64,000 nt of DNA, taken from an uncultured virus (IMG/VR IMGVR_UViG_3300028393_000063). Its lineage: Duplodnaviria; Heunggongvirae; Uroviricota; Caudoviricetes. The notes under the pieces were generated by a model, which saw only the letters and a list, made by a program, of their open reading frames with translations, was not told the origin of the DNA and did no database searches. This document shows positions 27,934 to 38,266 of the stretch, in pieces. The stretch is from the IMG/VR virus record IMGVR_UViG_3300028393_000063. One strand, 5' to 3'. Each line of letters opens with the position of its first letter. The first letter of the stretch is position 1. Position numbers and translations under genes: made by a program.

Positions 27934-30900
27934 ACTTCTCAAAAACTTTTTTACGGGCTTCCATTACTTTTGGCATTAGTGATTCACGTTCTAAATTAAT
28001 CTTATCAATTAATTCTTTTTTAACTTCACGAGTAGCTAAACGCCCATCTTTCAATCTATCAGTAGATTTCATTTCCCTAATAATAGATTCCTGCCTATTC
28101 AGCGCTGCAAATGTTTTTTCTAAAGCAGCTGTTCCAGCGCCAATTCTAATATCATTCCGCTTTTCTTCTAGAAGTCGTCTAGCTTCTTCTTTATCAGTTC
28201 TAGCTAAACTCTTAACAGTAGGTAGAATATTATCTACTTCATGGGCAGCTCTGTATAAATCTGGCACTACGTTAGGCGTACCTTGCTTACTAATAAACGA
28301 TGAGAACCCTAATGCACTAGCAGTTATATTTTCATTTTCCTCGGCTGGGCGTGGCTTGTTTCTTATATCAGCAATTGCCGAGTTAGTTATTGTAGCCATT
28401 GTACCCATATAACCGCCAAAGAAAGTCTTTAAAAAGTAGTCAATCTTTAGTGGGGAATACCCAGTTTCTTTACCAATTACTTTAGATATTTCAGAAGTGC
28501 CTTTATTAAACTGGTATTCAGGCAGTATCTTCTCTTGCGCTTTATTAACTATATCTCTGTTAGCGTATATATCTTTATTTAGAGCAACCCCTATAGGAGC
28601 TGTAAATACTCCCCCTATGGGTGGGGTTATCTGTTGTATAGCAGCTTTTTTCATAGCATCTTTAAACATCTGCTTATCAGTAATAGCCGAGTTTTCTGCT
28701 AAGTTATATGCGTACTCCGCCGCTAATTTATCCATTATGAACCAGCCTTCACGCAATGGAATAGACAAACCAGTTCCGGGGATTACGTATGACTTATCCC
28801 TTCTAAAACGATTCATCCGCTTATACTCGTCCTCGTCTCCTACGAGGTTCATATATATAAGATTACCTACCCCAATTAATATTGTAGCGCCTGCTAATGT
28901 AGATAACCCGTCAGCTCTAGTTTGAGCAGATATGCCTTTGCCCGATACTGTGCGCATAGCCACCCTTGTAGAGACTGTAAAGGCATTCATAAAAGGCACG
29001 TAGTTATTTACAAACTGCAATGTGGTGCTACCACTTGCTCTACGATAGTTAAATATTTCTGTAGCCCTATCTGCAGCTTCATCTTTACCAACACCCTCAT
29101 TTATTAACTGCTGGTATACCGCTTGACGCAACAAATTATCAGATAAAGCGGAAAATTTACCTAATATACCAATAACTTTACGGTGTACGGCGGCTTCTTT
29201 TACTTCCAATTTAGTTGCTATATCCGCATCATGGGCAGCTGCCATAGCGTGTTCACGGGTAGTTAATTGCCCACGAGAGATTAACTCTTTTCTAGCTTCA
29301 CTTGTATTGAGGGCCGTCTTAGCCATTTCTGTAAAGATGTTTAAGATAATACCGTAAGGGTTTTTAACCCCCGATGTGTGCATTGCCTCATAAGTATCTT
29401 TTAGGATTAACTGAGTGGCAGAGAACCCCGGAGTTAATGTAATACCTTTGGTAAATAAGTTAGCGTACTGAGAAGCTACTGATTTAGTTCCAAACACCAT
29501 GTTGCCAACACCTTGAAAGTATTGCGCTATAAGTGGGTTTGCTATGCTATATTCACGCCTTGTACCATCTTTATAAATAACAATCGTGTTGCCTTTAGGG
29601 TGCTTACCATCTTTAACCATATCAGGGAATACCGCACGCATCTGGTCAAGCGCAACTTGCTGATGTTGGTTGCTAATAGCTCTAGCATAAGACCACTGCA
29701 TCCATTGGTACATGTTCCCAATTGTATTTTCTACAGGTAACATCGAGCCTTCAAATGCGTATTCCTTCATGGATTCGCCAAGACCCTTTTTCATTATACG
29801 GGTACCAGAAACTTTTTGTTCTTCTATAGTCCTGAAGAATGGCACATACGCCATCTCGTCAAGCCATCCCTCGGCTTTTTCTTCTGACGTAACCCCACTT
29901 CTTACTAATTCAGCAACAACTCGTTCACGCATTACTTGCCATATGCGAGCAATCTCTTTAACTTCAGGAGTACCATTATAGATAGCCATACCTTCTTGGG
30001 CTTCCTTACGGCTCATGTGTTGAGACTGCCCCTCATACATTTTTACTTTGCCTTTAAGATTTTCTAACAAAGCTTTTTTAGTATTAAGGTCTTTTTGTTC
30101 TGCTTTAGTGCGTTGTTTTATACGCTGCAAGTCTTCAATCTTTTTTTCTGTACGAGTAATTTCGCCTTTGCCTTTATTCATTTTGTCGTATACATCTTGT
30201 ATACGGTTGGCTTCAAACCCTTTACTTGCTATCTCAAGAGCTTTATCTGCAGTTACACCTACACGACTAGAAAGCTTTTGCAGTTCATCTCTAATAGCAT
30301 TCATGTTATCAGGGTCGTCTTCTACGTGGTAACGATTGGAGTCAGCTTCATAGACTAACTTACCTTTATTAATAGCCTCGGTAGCCAACTGCCCACGATA
30401 CAGCACTTGCGTAATTTCTAAACGGCGCAACGCATCAACTGCATCCTTCATTACAATCTTACCTTGCGCTCCAAGCTCTAGTAACCCATCACGCATCTTG
30501 TTCATAAAACTATCATCAAAAGATAATATGTTAGATAACCCTGTGTAATTTTTAATTTTGTCACCCATAGTATTACCTAAGAACGCTTTATCAGCCTCTT
30601 CAATTTCCTCGGTAAACCATCCAGACGGCGACTTAGAAGGCTTAGCCCCACCAGCAGCAGTTAAATTTGCAAGTAAAGATTTACCTTCAGAGGTAGGTGT
30701 AACAGGCGCTTTTATACCTAGGGCTTTCATTACATCATCAAGAGTAAGCCCACTTCTTAAAAGAGCAATACTTTTAGTAGCATCTTCCCCAAACAATTCT
30801 TTAAGTTCAGCTATTTCCAATGGTGTAAGGGTTTTAAACCCGTCCGGCTTTTTAAGCTTTTTAATCATTGAAGTCTTACTATCTTCTCTACGTATAGCTA

Positions 30901-33900
30901 ATTGGTCTGTTGAAGAAACTGGAACAGTACCCCGACCCGGCACATTAGTAGTTTTTGTAACAGGAGTAGTAGCTTGACGAGAAATATCTTCAGTACCTAT
31001 TTTTGCACTAATTACATCTTCTACTGTAGCTTGATTATCAGGAACAATAAATATTTTTGAACCATCCATTTGCTGCAAATGATTATCTACTAAGTACTTA
31101 TAGGTTTCTTTATCTACATTAATGCACCCAAAAGAATATCTAGAATCTTCTGCGCCTTCTTTTTGTAATGCCTTTGTACGCATTTGCGCATCGGTTTCGT
31201 GTTCCCATACAGAGTGCATAATTGTTATAGAGTATTTGCCGTCAATAGCTTTATCTAATACAAATATTTTTCCGGTATCATATTCTCCAGAACCACTTTC
31301 CCCATACTGTCTTAAACCTAAATCAAATAAACCTGCCGGAGTAATTTTATTAGAATCTACTTTGTTGTTACCTTTATAGATGTCCCCAAAGCCTTTTCCT
31401 ACAAGCACTTTTTTGCTTAGTAATAAACTACCATCTGGGTTAAAAATAAAAGTAGTTGCGGTAGGCTTATCGGTAATAATAAAAAATTTATTTTTGTCTT
31501 GTAATTCTTTTTGTATAGCAGGTAGTACCGTTGCATACACTTGTTGCCCAGCTTCGGACATATTAGTAACCTCTGCGGGTAAATTAGCTTTTACTTCAGT
31601 AGTAATAGTTTGAGTAGGTATACCAAATTGTACTGGAGGGCTAACATTAATTGGGTTCATAACAATAGCCGCAGCCAGTATAGCGGCTTGAATACGTTTA
31701 ATTATTTTAGCAACTTCTTTAGATACAGTATTGTACCCTTGAGTAATTGCTTTAATAAAATCTTCTACAAATCTATTTTTGGCAACTTCGTTGTATTCAT
31801 CTTGCCCATATTCTTTGGCAAGAGTTTGTTTTTCGTCAGTAGATAAATTGTTATGAACAACATCATTTTGTAGTTGCAATTGCGCAGGAGCTACAAACGG
31901 TGGTAAAGATAATTGCGCTTGTAGAGCATAAATTTGTTGTTTAACTTCAGGCGTTTGTTTTTGTTGCTGTAATGCGGCTACATCTTGTTGAATTTTAGTT
32001 GCGTTAAGTACCAATGTGCCAAAACTTACAGGCGGTTGCTGAAGAACTTCAGTTGTATTAGGGTTTATTGCTCTTCCGTAGTTATAATTTGGCTCTTCTA
32101 CTGCGCCTTGTTGTTGCTGTTGTTGCTGTTGTTGCTGTTTTGCAGATTCTAATTGTGTTTGCAATACTTCAACTTGTTGTGCAACTTCTGGCGTTTGTTC
32201 TTGTTGCCCCAAAGCGTATATATTACGTTCAAGTCTTTCTATATTACTTGGTAAATCTCCAAAACTTACAGGCGGTTGTTGAAGAACTTCAAGCGTATTA
32301 GGGTTTATTGCTCTTCCGTAATCTGGTGTTAATGCACCTTGTTTAGGCGTTGAAGCAGGTGCTTCTCCTCCTGCAATTCCCACAGTAGCTCCGATATCAC
32401 TCTCCACTCCTCCTGCGATAGGTGCTGTAATTCCTTGGGCGGTCTCCATCCGTTGTGCAGGCACAGGAACGCTTGGCTCAACTGCTCCGGGGATATTTGT
32501 AGTTGGCTCACTTGGTGTCTCCTCAAAATAACTTAAATAGTTTTCTACAGCCTTCATGTCAATTTTAGCTTTTTTAATCACATGCTTATTTACTTCATCT
32601 ATAAATGTAGCCCTATCTTCAGGGTCAGTCATATCTAGATTTTTAATTGCATTTCTTATAGGTGCTTTAGGCGCTAACCCAAACTTGCTAATTACACTAC
32701 CAACAATAGGAGATACAGGTTTTAATTCTCGTTGCCCAGTTTTTTCTATGGGTTCTAGTTGAGTACCTAATTTGCTTGCTTCTTTTAATATCTCTTCATT
32801 ACGGGCAATAGCACTTTGTTGTTGGGCTTCTACGGCTTTTATTTGCGCAGTAATTGGTAACTTATCGTCAAGTTTAGGAATAGCGTCTCTTTGACTTTTT
32901 AACTCCGCTATTTGTGTATCTAAAGCTTCACGCTTACGATTAAGAGTTTCGTACTCTACCTTTAGTGCATCAAGGGTAACGCCGGGCCCTTTAGGTAACT
33001 GTTCCTGTAAACTTGCAATCTGTTGTACAACTTCGGGTGTTTGTTCCTGTTGTTGCAAAGCAAATATGTTACGCTCAACTTCAGATTCTGCTCGTTGTTT
33101 TTCAGTTAAAGCGCTTTGGTCTACTTGGGTTGGCAATTCTTCGGGAGCAAATAAACCAAGCTGTTGTTGTGGTGGCTCTAAAGTTACGGTGCCTTCAGGG
33201 ACTTCGGGAGTTTCAGGAGTAACAGGCTTTCTTACTAAATTACCCTTTTCGTCTTTAATCCATTCAGGCGCTAACTGAGCAGTTGTTAAAGGAGCGGCTT
33301 CCATGCGTTCTTTTGCGTAGGTAGTAGCCGCACCAGCTGGAGCACCAGCTATTTCTCCTAAAGCTTCTTCTCCCATTGCTCTTGGGTCTAGCGGTTGTCC
33401 TATTGTGTAAGCGCCTAGTCCTTCTCCAGCAGCGCCATATCCAGCTTGTTTACCTGTTTCTTTTCCTAAAGCTTTAGCTGTTTCAATTGCAGGAGTTTTT
33501 TTAGCGGTAGTATTTAAAAGAGACTCTGCGGCTTTTCCTGCGGATTTAAATGAAACAGCATCAAATAAACCAATTACCCCAGATTTAGCGGCAGCTTTTT
33601 GCCAAGCCTCTTCATGCTCCATACCTTGTGTGCGTAACTCAGCGTACTGTCCACCAAATTCATTAAACGCAGAAACTCCTCCAGCGGCGGCAGCTCTACC
33701 TCCCGGAGAAATACCTCCTAATTTAGAAGCGTATGCGGCAGCAACTATAGTTGCTGTTTGTGGCAAACTTTCAAGACCAATATTAGCAATATAAGATGGT
33801 ATTTCGCTTGGGTTTTTTATTACTTCACCAAGGTATAAACCTGTTTTAGCAGCAAAACTTGCATCTTTATATTCGGGCTTAGACGTTATTTCATCTAAAC

Positions 33901-34444
33901 GCTTTGATATTTCTGGCTTACCATACTTAGCTTCTATTTCTTTATTTTGCATACCATAATTAGCTAAGTCCTGCATGTAGCCTTGTATGGCTGATTCTCT
34001 TTCTTGTATTCTAGATAACTTATCTTCAGGCGCTCTTTCAAAATTTGAACCGTAATCTCGTATATCTGCTTCACGGTTTGCCATTAAAATAGCAAGTTTA
34101 TTTTGAATCAGCCCAGTCTTAGCCCCAACTACGCCTTTAGCTAATGAACCAACAGCAGGGGTTTCTAAAGCTTTTGAGTAATCTTCACCAGTTAAAAAAC
34201 TTAGAGGAGAAGAAATAGCTTTAGATACAGTATCCGCAATGCCTACACCCTTACCCTTTTCCGTTGTCTCAGGAGGTATATTTGAAATTTCTTTGTATAG
34301 GTTTGGTTGCCCTAATGTTACTGAGCCTTCAGGTTCTGCAGGTGGTGCGCTTTTAGAAAGATAAGTTAATATCTTTTGTTTAGCCTCTGCTCGGTCTGTA
34401 GTAGATATATCGTACTCTTGACCTTGATATTCGTATATAGGCAT
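27932..34444 (-). CDS. Giant internal virion/DNA-ejection (polyvalent) protein with L,D-transpeptidase-like domain and LPD38-like C-terminus
   Basis: 2170 aa, last late gene; TPAGLF...MH...SFGCINV; C-terminal ...SPLKIDYFLKTFFGG. Confidence 0.75.
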   Translation of the reverse strand: MPIYEYQGQEYDISTTDRAEAKQKILTYLSKSAPPAEPEGSVTLGQPNLYKEISNIPPETTEKGKGVGIADTVSKAISSPLSFLTGEDYSKALETPAVGSLAKGVVGAKTGLIQNKLAILMANREADIRDYGSNFERAPEDKLSRIQERESAIQGYMQDLANYGMQNKEIEAKYGKPEISKRLDEITSKPEYKDASFAAKTGLYLGEVIKNPSEIPSYIANIGLESLPQTATIVAAAYASKLGGISPGGRAAAAGGVSAFNEFGGQYAELRTQGMEHEEAWQKAAAKSGVIGLFDAVSFKSAGKAAESLLNTTAKKTPAIETAKALGKETGKQAGYGAAGEGLGAYTIGQPLDPRAMGEEALGEIAGAPAGAATTYAKERMEAAPLTTAQLAPEWIKDEKGNLVRKPVTPETPEVPEGTVTLEPPQQQLGLFAPEELPTQVDQSALTEKQRAESEVERNIFALQQQEQTPEVVQQIASLQEQLPKGPGVTLDALKVEYETLNRKREALDTQIAELKSQRDAIPKLDDKLPITAQIKAVEAQQQSAIARNEEILKEASKLGTQLEPIEKTGQRELKPVSPIVGSVISKFGLAPKAPIRNAIKNLDMTDPEDRATFIDEVNKHVIKKAKIDMKAVENYLSYFEETPSEPTTNIPGAVEPSVPVPAQRMETAQGITAPIAGGVESDIGATVGIAGGEAPASTPKQGALTPDYGRAINPNTLEVLQQPPVSFGDLPSNIERLERNIYALGQQEQTPEVAQQVEVLQTQLESAKQQQQQQQQQQGAVEEPNYNYGRAINPNTTEVLQQPPVSFGTLVLNATKIQQDVAALQQQKQTPEVKQQIYALQAQLSLPPFVAPAQLQLQNDVVHNNLSTDEKQTLAKEYGQDEYNEVAKNRFVEDFIKAITQGYNTVSKEVAKIIKRIQAAILAAAIVMNPINVSPPVQFGIPTQTITTEVKANLPAEVTNMSEAGQQVYATVLPAIQKELQDKNKFFIITDKPTATTFIFNPDGSLLLSKKVLVGKGFGDIYKGNNKVDSNKITPAGLFDLGLRQYGESGSGEYDTGKIFVLDKAIDGKYSITIMHSVWEHETDAQMRTKALQKEGAEDSRYSFGCINVDKETYKYLVDNHLQQMDGSKIFIVPDNQATVEDVISAKIGTEDISRQATTPVTKTTNVPGRGTVPVSSTDQLAIRREDSKTSMIKKLKKPDGFKTLTPLEIAELKELFGEDATKSIALLRSGLTLDDVMKALGIKAPVTPTSEGKSLLANLTAAGGAKPSKSPSGWFTEEIEEADKAFLGNTMGDKIKNYTGLSNILSFDDSFMNKMRDGLLELGAQGKIVMKDAVDALRRLEITQVLYRGQLATEAINKGKLVYEADSNRYHVEDDPDNMNAIRDELQKLSSRVGVTADKALEIASKGFEANRIQDVYDKMNKGKGEITRTEKKIEDLQRIKQRTKAEQKDLNTKKALLENLKGKVKMYEGQSQHMSRKEAQEGMAIYNGTPEVKEIARIWQVMRERVVAELVRSGVTSEEKAEGWLDEMAYVPFFRTIEEQKVSGTRIMKKGLGESMKEYAFEGSMLPVENTIGNMYQWMQWSYARAISNQHQQVALDQMRAVFPDMVKDGKHPKGNTIVIYKDGTRREYSIANPLIAQYFQGVGNMVFGTKSVASQYANLFTKGITLTPGFSATQLILKDTYEAMHTSGVKNPYGIILNIFTEMAKTALNTSEARKELISRGQLTTREHAMAAAHDADIATKLEVKEAAVHRKVIGILGKFSALSDNLLRQAVYQQLINEGVGKDEAADRATEIFNYRRASGSTTLQFVNNYVPFMNAFTVSTRVAMRTVSGKGISAQTRADGLSTLAGATILIGVGNLIYMNLVGDEDEYKRMNRFRRDKSYVIPGTGLSIPLREGWFIMDKLAAEYAYNLAENSAITDKQMFKDAMKKAAIQQITPPIGGVFTAPIGVALNKDIYANRDIVNKAQEKILPEYQFNKGTSEISKVIGKETGYSPLKIDYFLKTFFGGYMGTMATITNSAIADIRNKPRPAEENENITASALGFSSFISKQGTPNVVPDLYRAAHEVDNILPTVKSLARTDKEEARRLLEEKRNDIRIGAGTAALEKTFAALNRQESIIREMKSTDRLKDGRLATREVKKELIDKINLERESLMPKVMEARKKVFEK
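32329..32511 (-). CDS. Putative overprinted 60-aa gene in an alternate frame of the giant gene
   Basis: GAGGAG 7 nt upstream of GTG at 32511; product looks like amphipathic helices. Confidence 0.5.
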   Translation of the reverse strand: MSQLQISPEQLSQAFLCLHNGWRPPKELQHLSQEEWRVISELLWELQEEKHLLQRLNKVH

Positions 34445-34454
34445 TGTTTAGCCT

Positions 34455-37400
34455 TTAATCTAACTTTATTGGTTTGGATTTTCCATCTTTACTATTTCCG
34501 TCTTTAGTACTGGCTCCTATAAATGTAGTTGCCGCTCTCATAGCTATATTTTCAGCATCTGTATAATCAGCCGGAGTCATTTTGTCTATACCTATCTTAT
34601 CTATTTTACTCTTAACTATCGTATTGTAAGCGTTTTTAAATGCATCAAGTTTAGCACTAAACATTTTAGTGTCTTGCGCTATTCCAGCCGCAGACAACCT
34701 ATCCGCCGCCGCAGATTCCGCTCTAATTCTTGCAGCTTCTACAGTAGCGTTAGCAGAAGTCTGTGAAGTTTTTATAGCGGTTTCATCACGAGCAATAGCA
34801 ATTGCCAAATCATTTTTTAGTCTAGCCGCACTTATACCTTGTTCAGCTGCAATCTTATCAAAAGCATTTTTATCTGTCTGAGCCAATGTGAGCAACTTAA
34901 CTTTATCTGCATACTCCACATTAGAAATATCAAAGGCTGCTTTAGCTTGTTCAATTTCGCCTTTTCTACGGTCTTTAATATCTTCCATAAATCCGGGAAC
35001 AGTTTTAGCAGCGCCTTGAGCTAAATTAGTAAAGGGATTAGCGGAAGTACCAGCAGCTGTGTTAGCCCCTAATTCCATTAACCTACCCCACATTTGCTGC
35101 TTAGCGTCAGGTTGAGCGGCTTTTAAAGCAGCTAAATAATTAGCCCCTACATCTTTTCTATCACCAGTTAACGCCGCATAGTCTGCATAGTAAGGAGACA
35201 GTTTGTTAGTATCAGCTTTAGGACCAGCTAATGCTGGAGCTGCTATTGGATTACCTTCACTATCTGTAGCCCCTGCGTAAAACTGGTTTAATTCAGCTTG
35301 GTTAGGATTAGACCCTGCTCTCATTTCTTCTTCACTAAGCCCACCATCTACAAACGCTACAATCCCACCACCAGCCATGTTAGCCATACTGCTTGAACCT
35401 GCGCCTGTAATACCAGCACTACCAAGTTGTTTAGACACGGCAGTGCCTGCGTTACGTTCAGCTAAAATTTCACTTGCTTTCTCACGAATAAACGGACTCT
35501 CGCTACTACGAGCAATCTCAGCCAGTTTATCGTTAGGCATATCACTTAACGAGGACTCTACGCTACCACCCACATCATATTTTGCAATGCCACCTTTAGC
35601 CATTTTCTTTTCTTTAATGACTCCACCTTTGGCTTTAAATCCACCTGACGCACCATAAGCACCAAGAGCCGTAGCACCAAGACCACCAATTTGACTTATT
35701 GCACTTGGAGCTGCTTGATATGTAGTTTGTTGTGATGTTGTAGGTGTAGCACGCAACAAGTTCATAATATTTGTAGCTTGAGTTGTACCGTACTGTTGTT
35801 GATTACCGTAATTCTGAATAGCCTGATTAATGAGGTTCTGTTGATTCTGTTGTTGCTGAGTACCAAGAGTATTCTGAGTATTAATAATCCCTTGCTGAGC
35901 GCCGAGTTGTTGAGTGCCAAGACCACCTAAAGTTTGAGCGGCTTGGTTAGCTTGCTGTAAACCTTGTAGACGGTAATTAGCGCCAAATTGTTGCTGTCCA
36001 ATGTTCTGTTGTTGAGCTTGTAACTGTGCTTGTTGGTTAGCAAGATTTGCTTGATTTCTAGATTGTTGGTTAGCTAAATTAGCGGCTTGGTTAAACTGCC
36101 CCTGTTGCATCCCATACTGACCTAATATTCCTTGATTAGCTAAATTGCTTTGTTGCTGGTTACTTAGATTAGCCATGCCAAATTGGTTTTGAGCGGCTTG
36201 ATTAGCTTGGTTAGCCTGTTGTTGGTTAGCTAAATTAGCCATACCAAATTGATTTTGAGCTTGTTGGTTAGCCGCATTAGCTGCCTGCCCAAATTGCCCT
36301 TGTTGTAAACCATACTGCCCCATTAAGGCTTGGTTAGCTAAGTTAGCTTGTTGTTGATTACCAGCATTAAACTGATTAGCCGCTTGTCCAAACTGCCCTT
36401 GCTGCATACCATATTGACCAGCTAATGCCTGATTTGCAAGGTTAGTTTGTTGTTGTGTCTGTTGGTTTGCTTGATTAGCAGCTTGCCCAAACTGACCTTG
36501 TTGTAGTCCATACTGCCCTGCCAACGATTGATTTGCAAGGTTAGCTTGCATTTGCGCTTGTTGGTTTGCTTGGTTTGCGGATTGACCAAACTGACCTTGT
36601 TGTAAACCGTATTGCCCCATTAACCCTTGATTTGCAAGGTTAGACTGTTGTTGCAACTGCGCATTTTGTAACCCTGTGTTATAGCCCATATTTTGGTTAG
36701 CAAGACCTGCTTGTAAATTAGCGCCTTGGTTAGCCTGTTGGGCTTGTAAACTAGCTTGTTGTTGTGCATTAAACTGTTGTTGAGCATTCTGAAATGCTTG
36801 GTTATACCCTTGACCAATTATTTGATTTTTAGCTATACCGGCATTACGTTGATTCTCAGCAGACATTAATGCTTCACGACTTCCACCAAATGCACCAGAC
36901 TTAGCTGCACCGCTTCTTTGTTGTGTGCCAGTAATATCATACTGTCTTTGTACTTCGGCAAGTTGTGGGTCTAACGCACCTTGTAAATACGGATTCATGT
37001 AACTAGATACATTTTGCCCTGTGTAATCCTGTGTACCTACATTCTGTGCGCCTACATCTCGTGGTCCACTAAATTGAGCTGCTTGATTAACTGGAGCGTT
37101 ATTTAGTTGAGCAGCTTGCATTGCGGCTGCTTGTGCTTGTGGCGAGTTACCTAATTGAGCCGCTTGCATTGCTGCTGCCTGCGCTTGCGGTGAATTTCCC
37201 ATTTGAGCAGCTTGCATTGCGGCTGCTTGTGCTTGTGGCGAGTTACCTAATTGAGCCGCTTGCATGTTTTGCCCAGACCCCATAGCCGCTTGCATGTTTT
37301 GTCCGTAACCCATAGCCGCTTGACTCATCGGCGCATATCCCATCTGAGCAGCTTGTGTTTGAGCTCCACGAATTTGGTTATACCCTGCACTCATTGGGTT

Positions 37401-37859
37401 ATACTGCGCATTTAAACCGCCAAGACCAGCTTGTTGAGCCATATTAGACGCATCGCCAAATTGACCCGGCATTTGTAAATTCTGTCCAGCCTGATAAGAC
37501 TGTTGTTGTAGCCCACTTGGACCAGCTACACCTAAACCAGCTACGCCTAACTGTTGATTATATTGGTCTTGGCTTATAGGAGCGCCAGTAAAATTACCTT
37601 GCGCATTAGTTGCGCCACCAAAAGGAGTAAATCCTTTAGAACCAAGAACTTCTCCACCCGGACCAATGTTATACGCATTGCTCATTTGTGAGCCAATTAA
37701 AGCGGAAGCGGTAGGTAAAGCCCAATCCGCAACTGGATTAACTGTAGTTTGTTGAGAAGTTGGAGCGGATTGTTGTTGTCCCCCACCACCGCCACCACCA
37801 AAACTGAACGTAAATAAATTAACTAAACTTATTGGGTTAAGGTATTTAAACAACATCAT
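34455..37859 (-). CDS. Gln/Asn/Ala/Gly-rich putative DNA-ejection (pilot) protein
   Basis: 1134 aa; YMNPY...GAFGGSR motif, long Q/N repeats, located between GNAT and giant protein. Confidence 0.7.
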   Translation of the reverse strand: MMLFKYLNPISLVNLFTFSFGGGGGGGQQQSAPTSQQTTVNPVADWALPTASALIGSQMSNAYNIGPGGEVLGSKGFTPFGGATNAQGNFTGAPISQDQYNQQLGVAGLGVAGPSGLQQQSYQAGQNLQMPGQFGDASNMAQQAGLGGLNAQYNPMSAGYNQIRGAQTQAAQMGYAPMSQAAMGYGQNMQAAMGSGQNMQAAQLGNSPQAQAAAMQAAQMGNSPQAQAAAMQAAQLGNSPQAQAAAMQAAQLNNAPVNQAAQFSGPRDVGAQNVGTQDYTGQNVSSYMNPYLQGALDPQLAEVQRQYDITGTQQRSGAAKSGAFGGSREALMSAENQRNAGIAKNQIIGQGYNQAFQNAQQQFNAQQQASLQAQQANQGANLQAGLANQNMGYNTGLQNAQLQQQSNLANQGLMGQYGLQQGQFGQSANQANQQAQMQANLANQSLAGQYGLQQGQFGQAANQANQQTQQQTNLANQALAGQYGMQQGQFGQAANQFNAGNQQQANLANQALMGQYGLQQGQFGQAANAANQQAQNQFGMANLANQQQANQANQAAQNQFGMANLSNQQQSNLANQGILGQYGMQQGQFNQAANLANQQSRNQANLANQQAQLQAQQQNIGQQQFGANYRLQGLQQANQAAQTLGGLGTQQLGAQQGIINTQNTLGTQQQQNQQNLINQAIQNYGNQQQYGTTQATNIMNLLRATPTTSQQTTYQAAPSAISQIGGLGATALGAYGASGGFKAKGGVIKEKKMAKGGIAKYDVGGSVESSLSDMPNDKLAEIARSSESPFIREKASEILAERNAGTAVSKQLGSAGITGAGSSSMANMAGGGIVAFVDGGLSEEEMRAGSNPNQAELNQFYAGATDSEGNPIAAPALAGPKADTNKLSPYYADYAALTGDRKDVGANYLAALKAAQPDAKQQMWGRLMELGANTAAGTSANPFTNLAQGAAKTVPGFMEDIKDRRKGEIEQAKAAFDISNVEYADKVKLLTLAQTDKNAFDKIAAEQGISAARLKNDLAIAIARDETAIKTSQTSANATVEAARIRAESAAADRLSAAGIAQDTKMFSAKLDAFKNAYNTIVKSKIDKIGIDKMTPADYTDAENIAMRAATTFIGASTKDGNSKDGKSKPIKLD

Positions 37860-38266
37860 AATTTTATCTCCATTAATGTGGCTTTTTTGCTAAGCCCAAT
37901 CTTTTCATACAATCTAGCTGCAGAATCTTTTGCATATGCTTGAATCCTAGTAGCCCCAGCCGACTTTAAAATTTGTTGTACTTCACTAAATAACTCGTCA
38001 TTAACAATGTTTTTGCCACCTATAGCCGTAATAAACGCCGTTCTATAATTAGCTTCATTATTAAAAGTTAATGTAATCGCCCCATGTGTTTGATTATACT
38101 CGTCAACTATAACTAATAAAAGCCAATTACCTGTAGTTAAATAAACTTTAATTTGTTCCGCACTATAATCATCCGAACATTTTGCCGCCTCAACCATAAA
38201 TTGCTCAACCATAGGCCAAATTTGTGTAATATATTGCACATTTACGGTTTGAACTTTTAAAGTCAT
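37856..38266 (-). CDS. Putative GNAT-fold protein next to ejection genes
   Basis: AFITAIGG...GATRIQAY....ARLYEKIGL resembles the GNAT C-terminal motif. Confidence 0.55.
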   Translation of the reverse strand: MTLKVQTVNVQYITQIWPMVEQFMVEAAKCSDDYSAEQIKVYLTTGNWLLLVIVDEYNQTHGAITLTFNNEANYRTAFITAIGGKNIVNDELFSEVQQILKSAGATRIQAYAKDSAARLYEKIGLSKKATLMEIKL

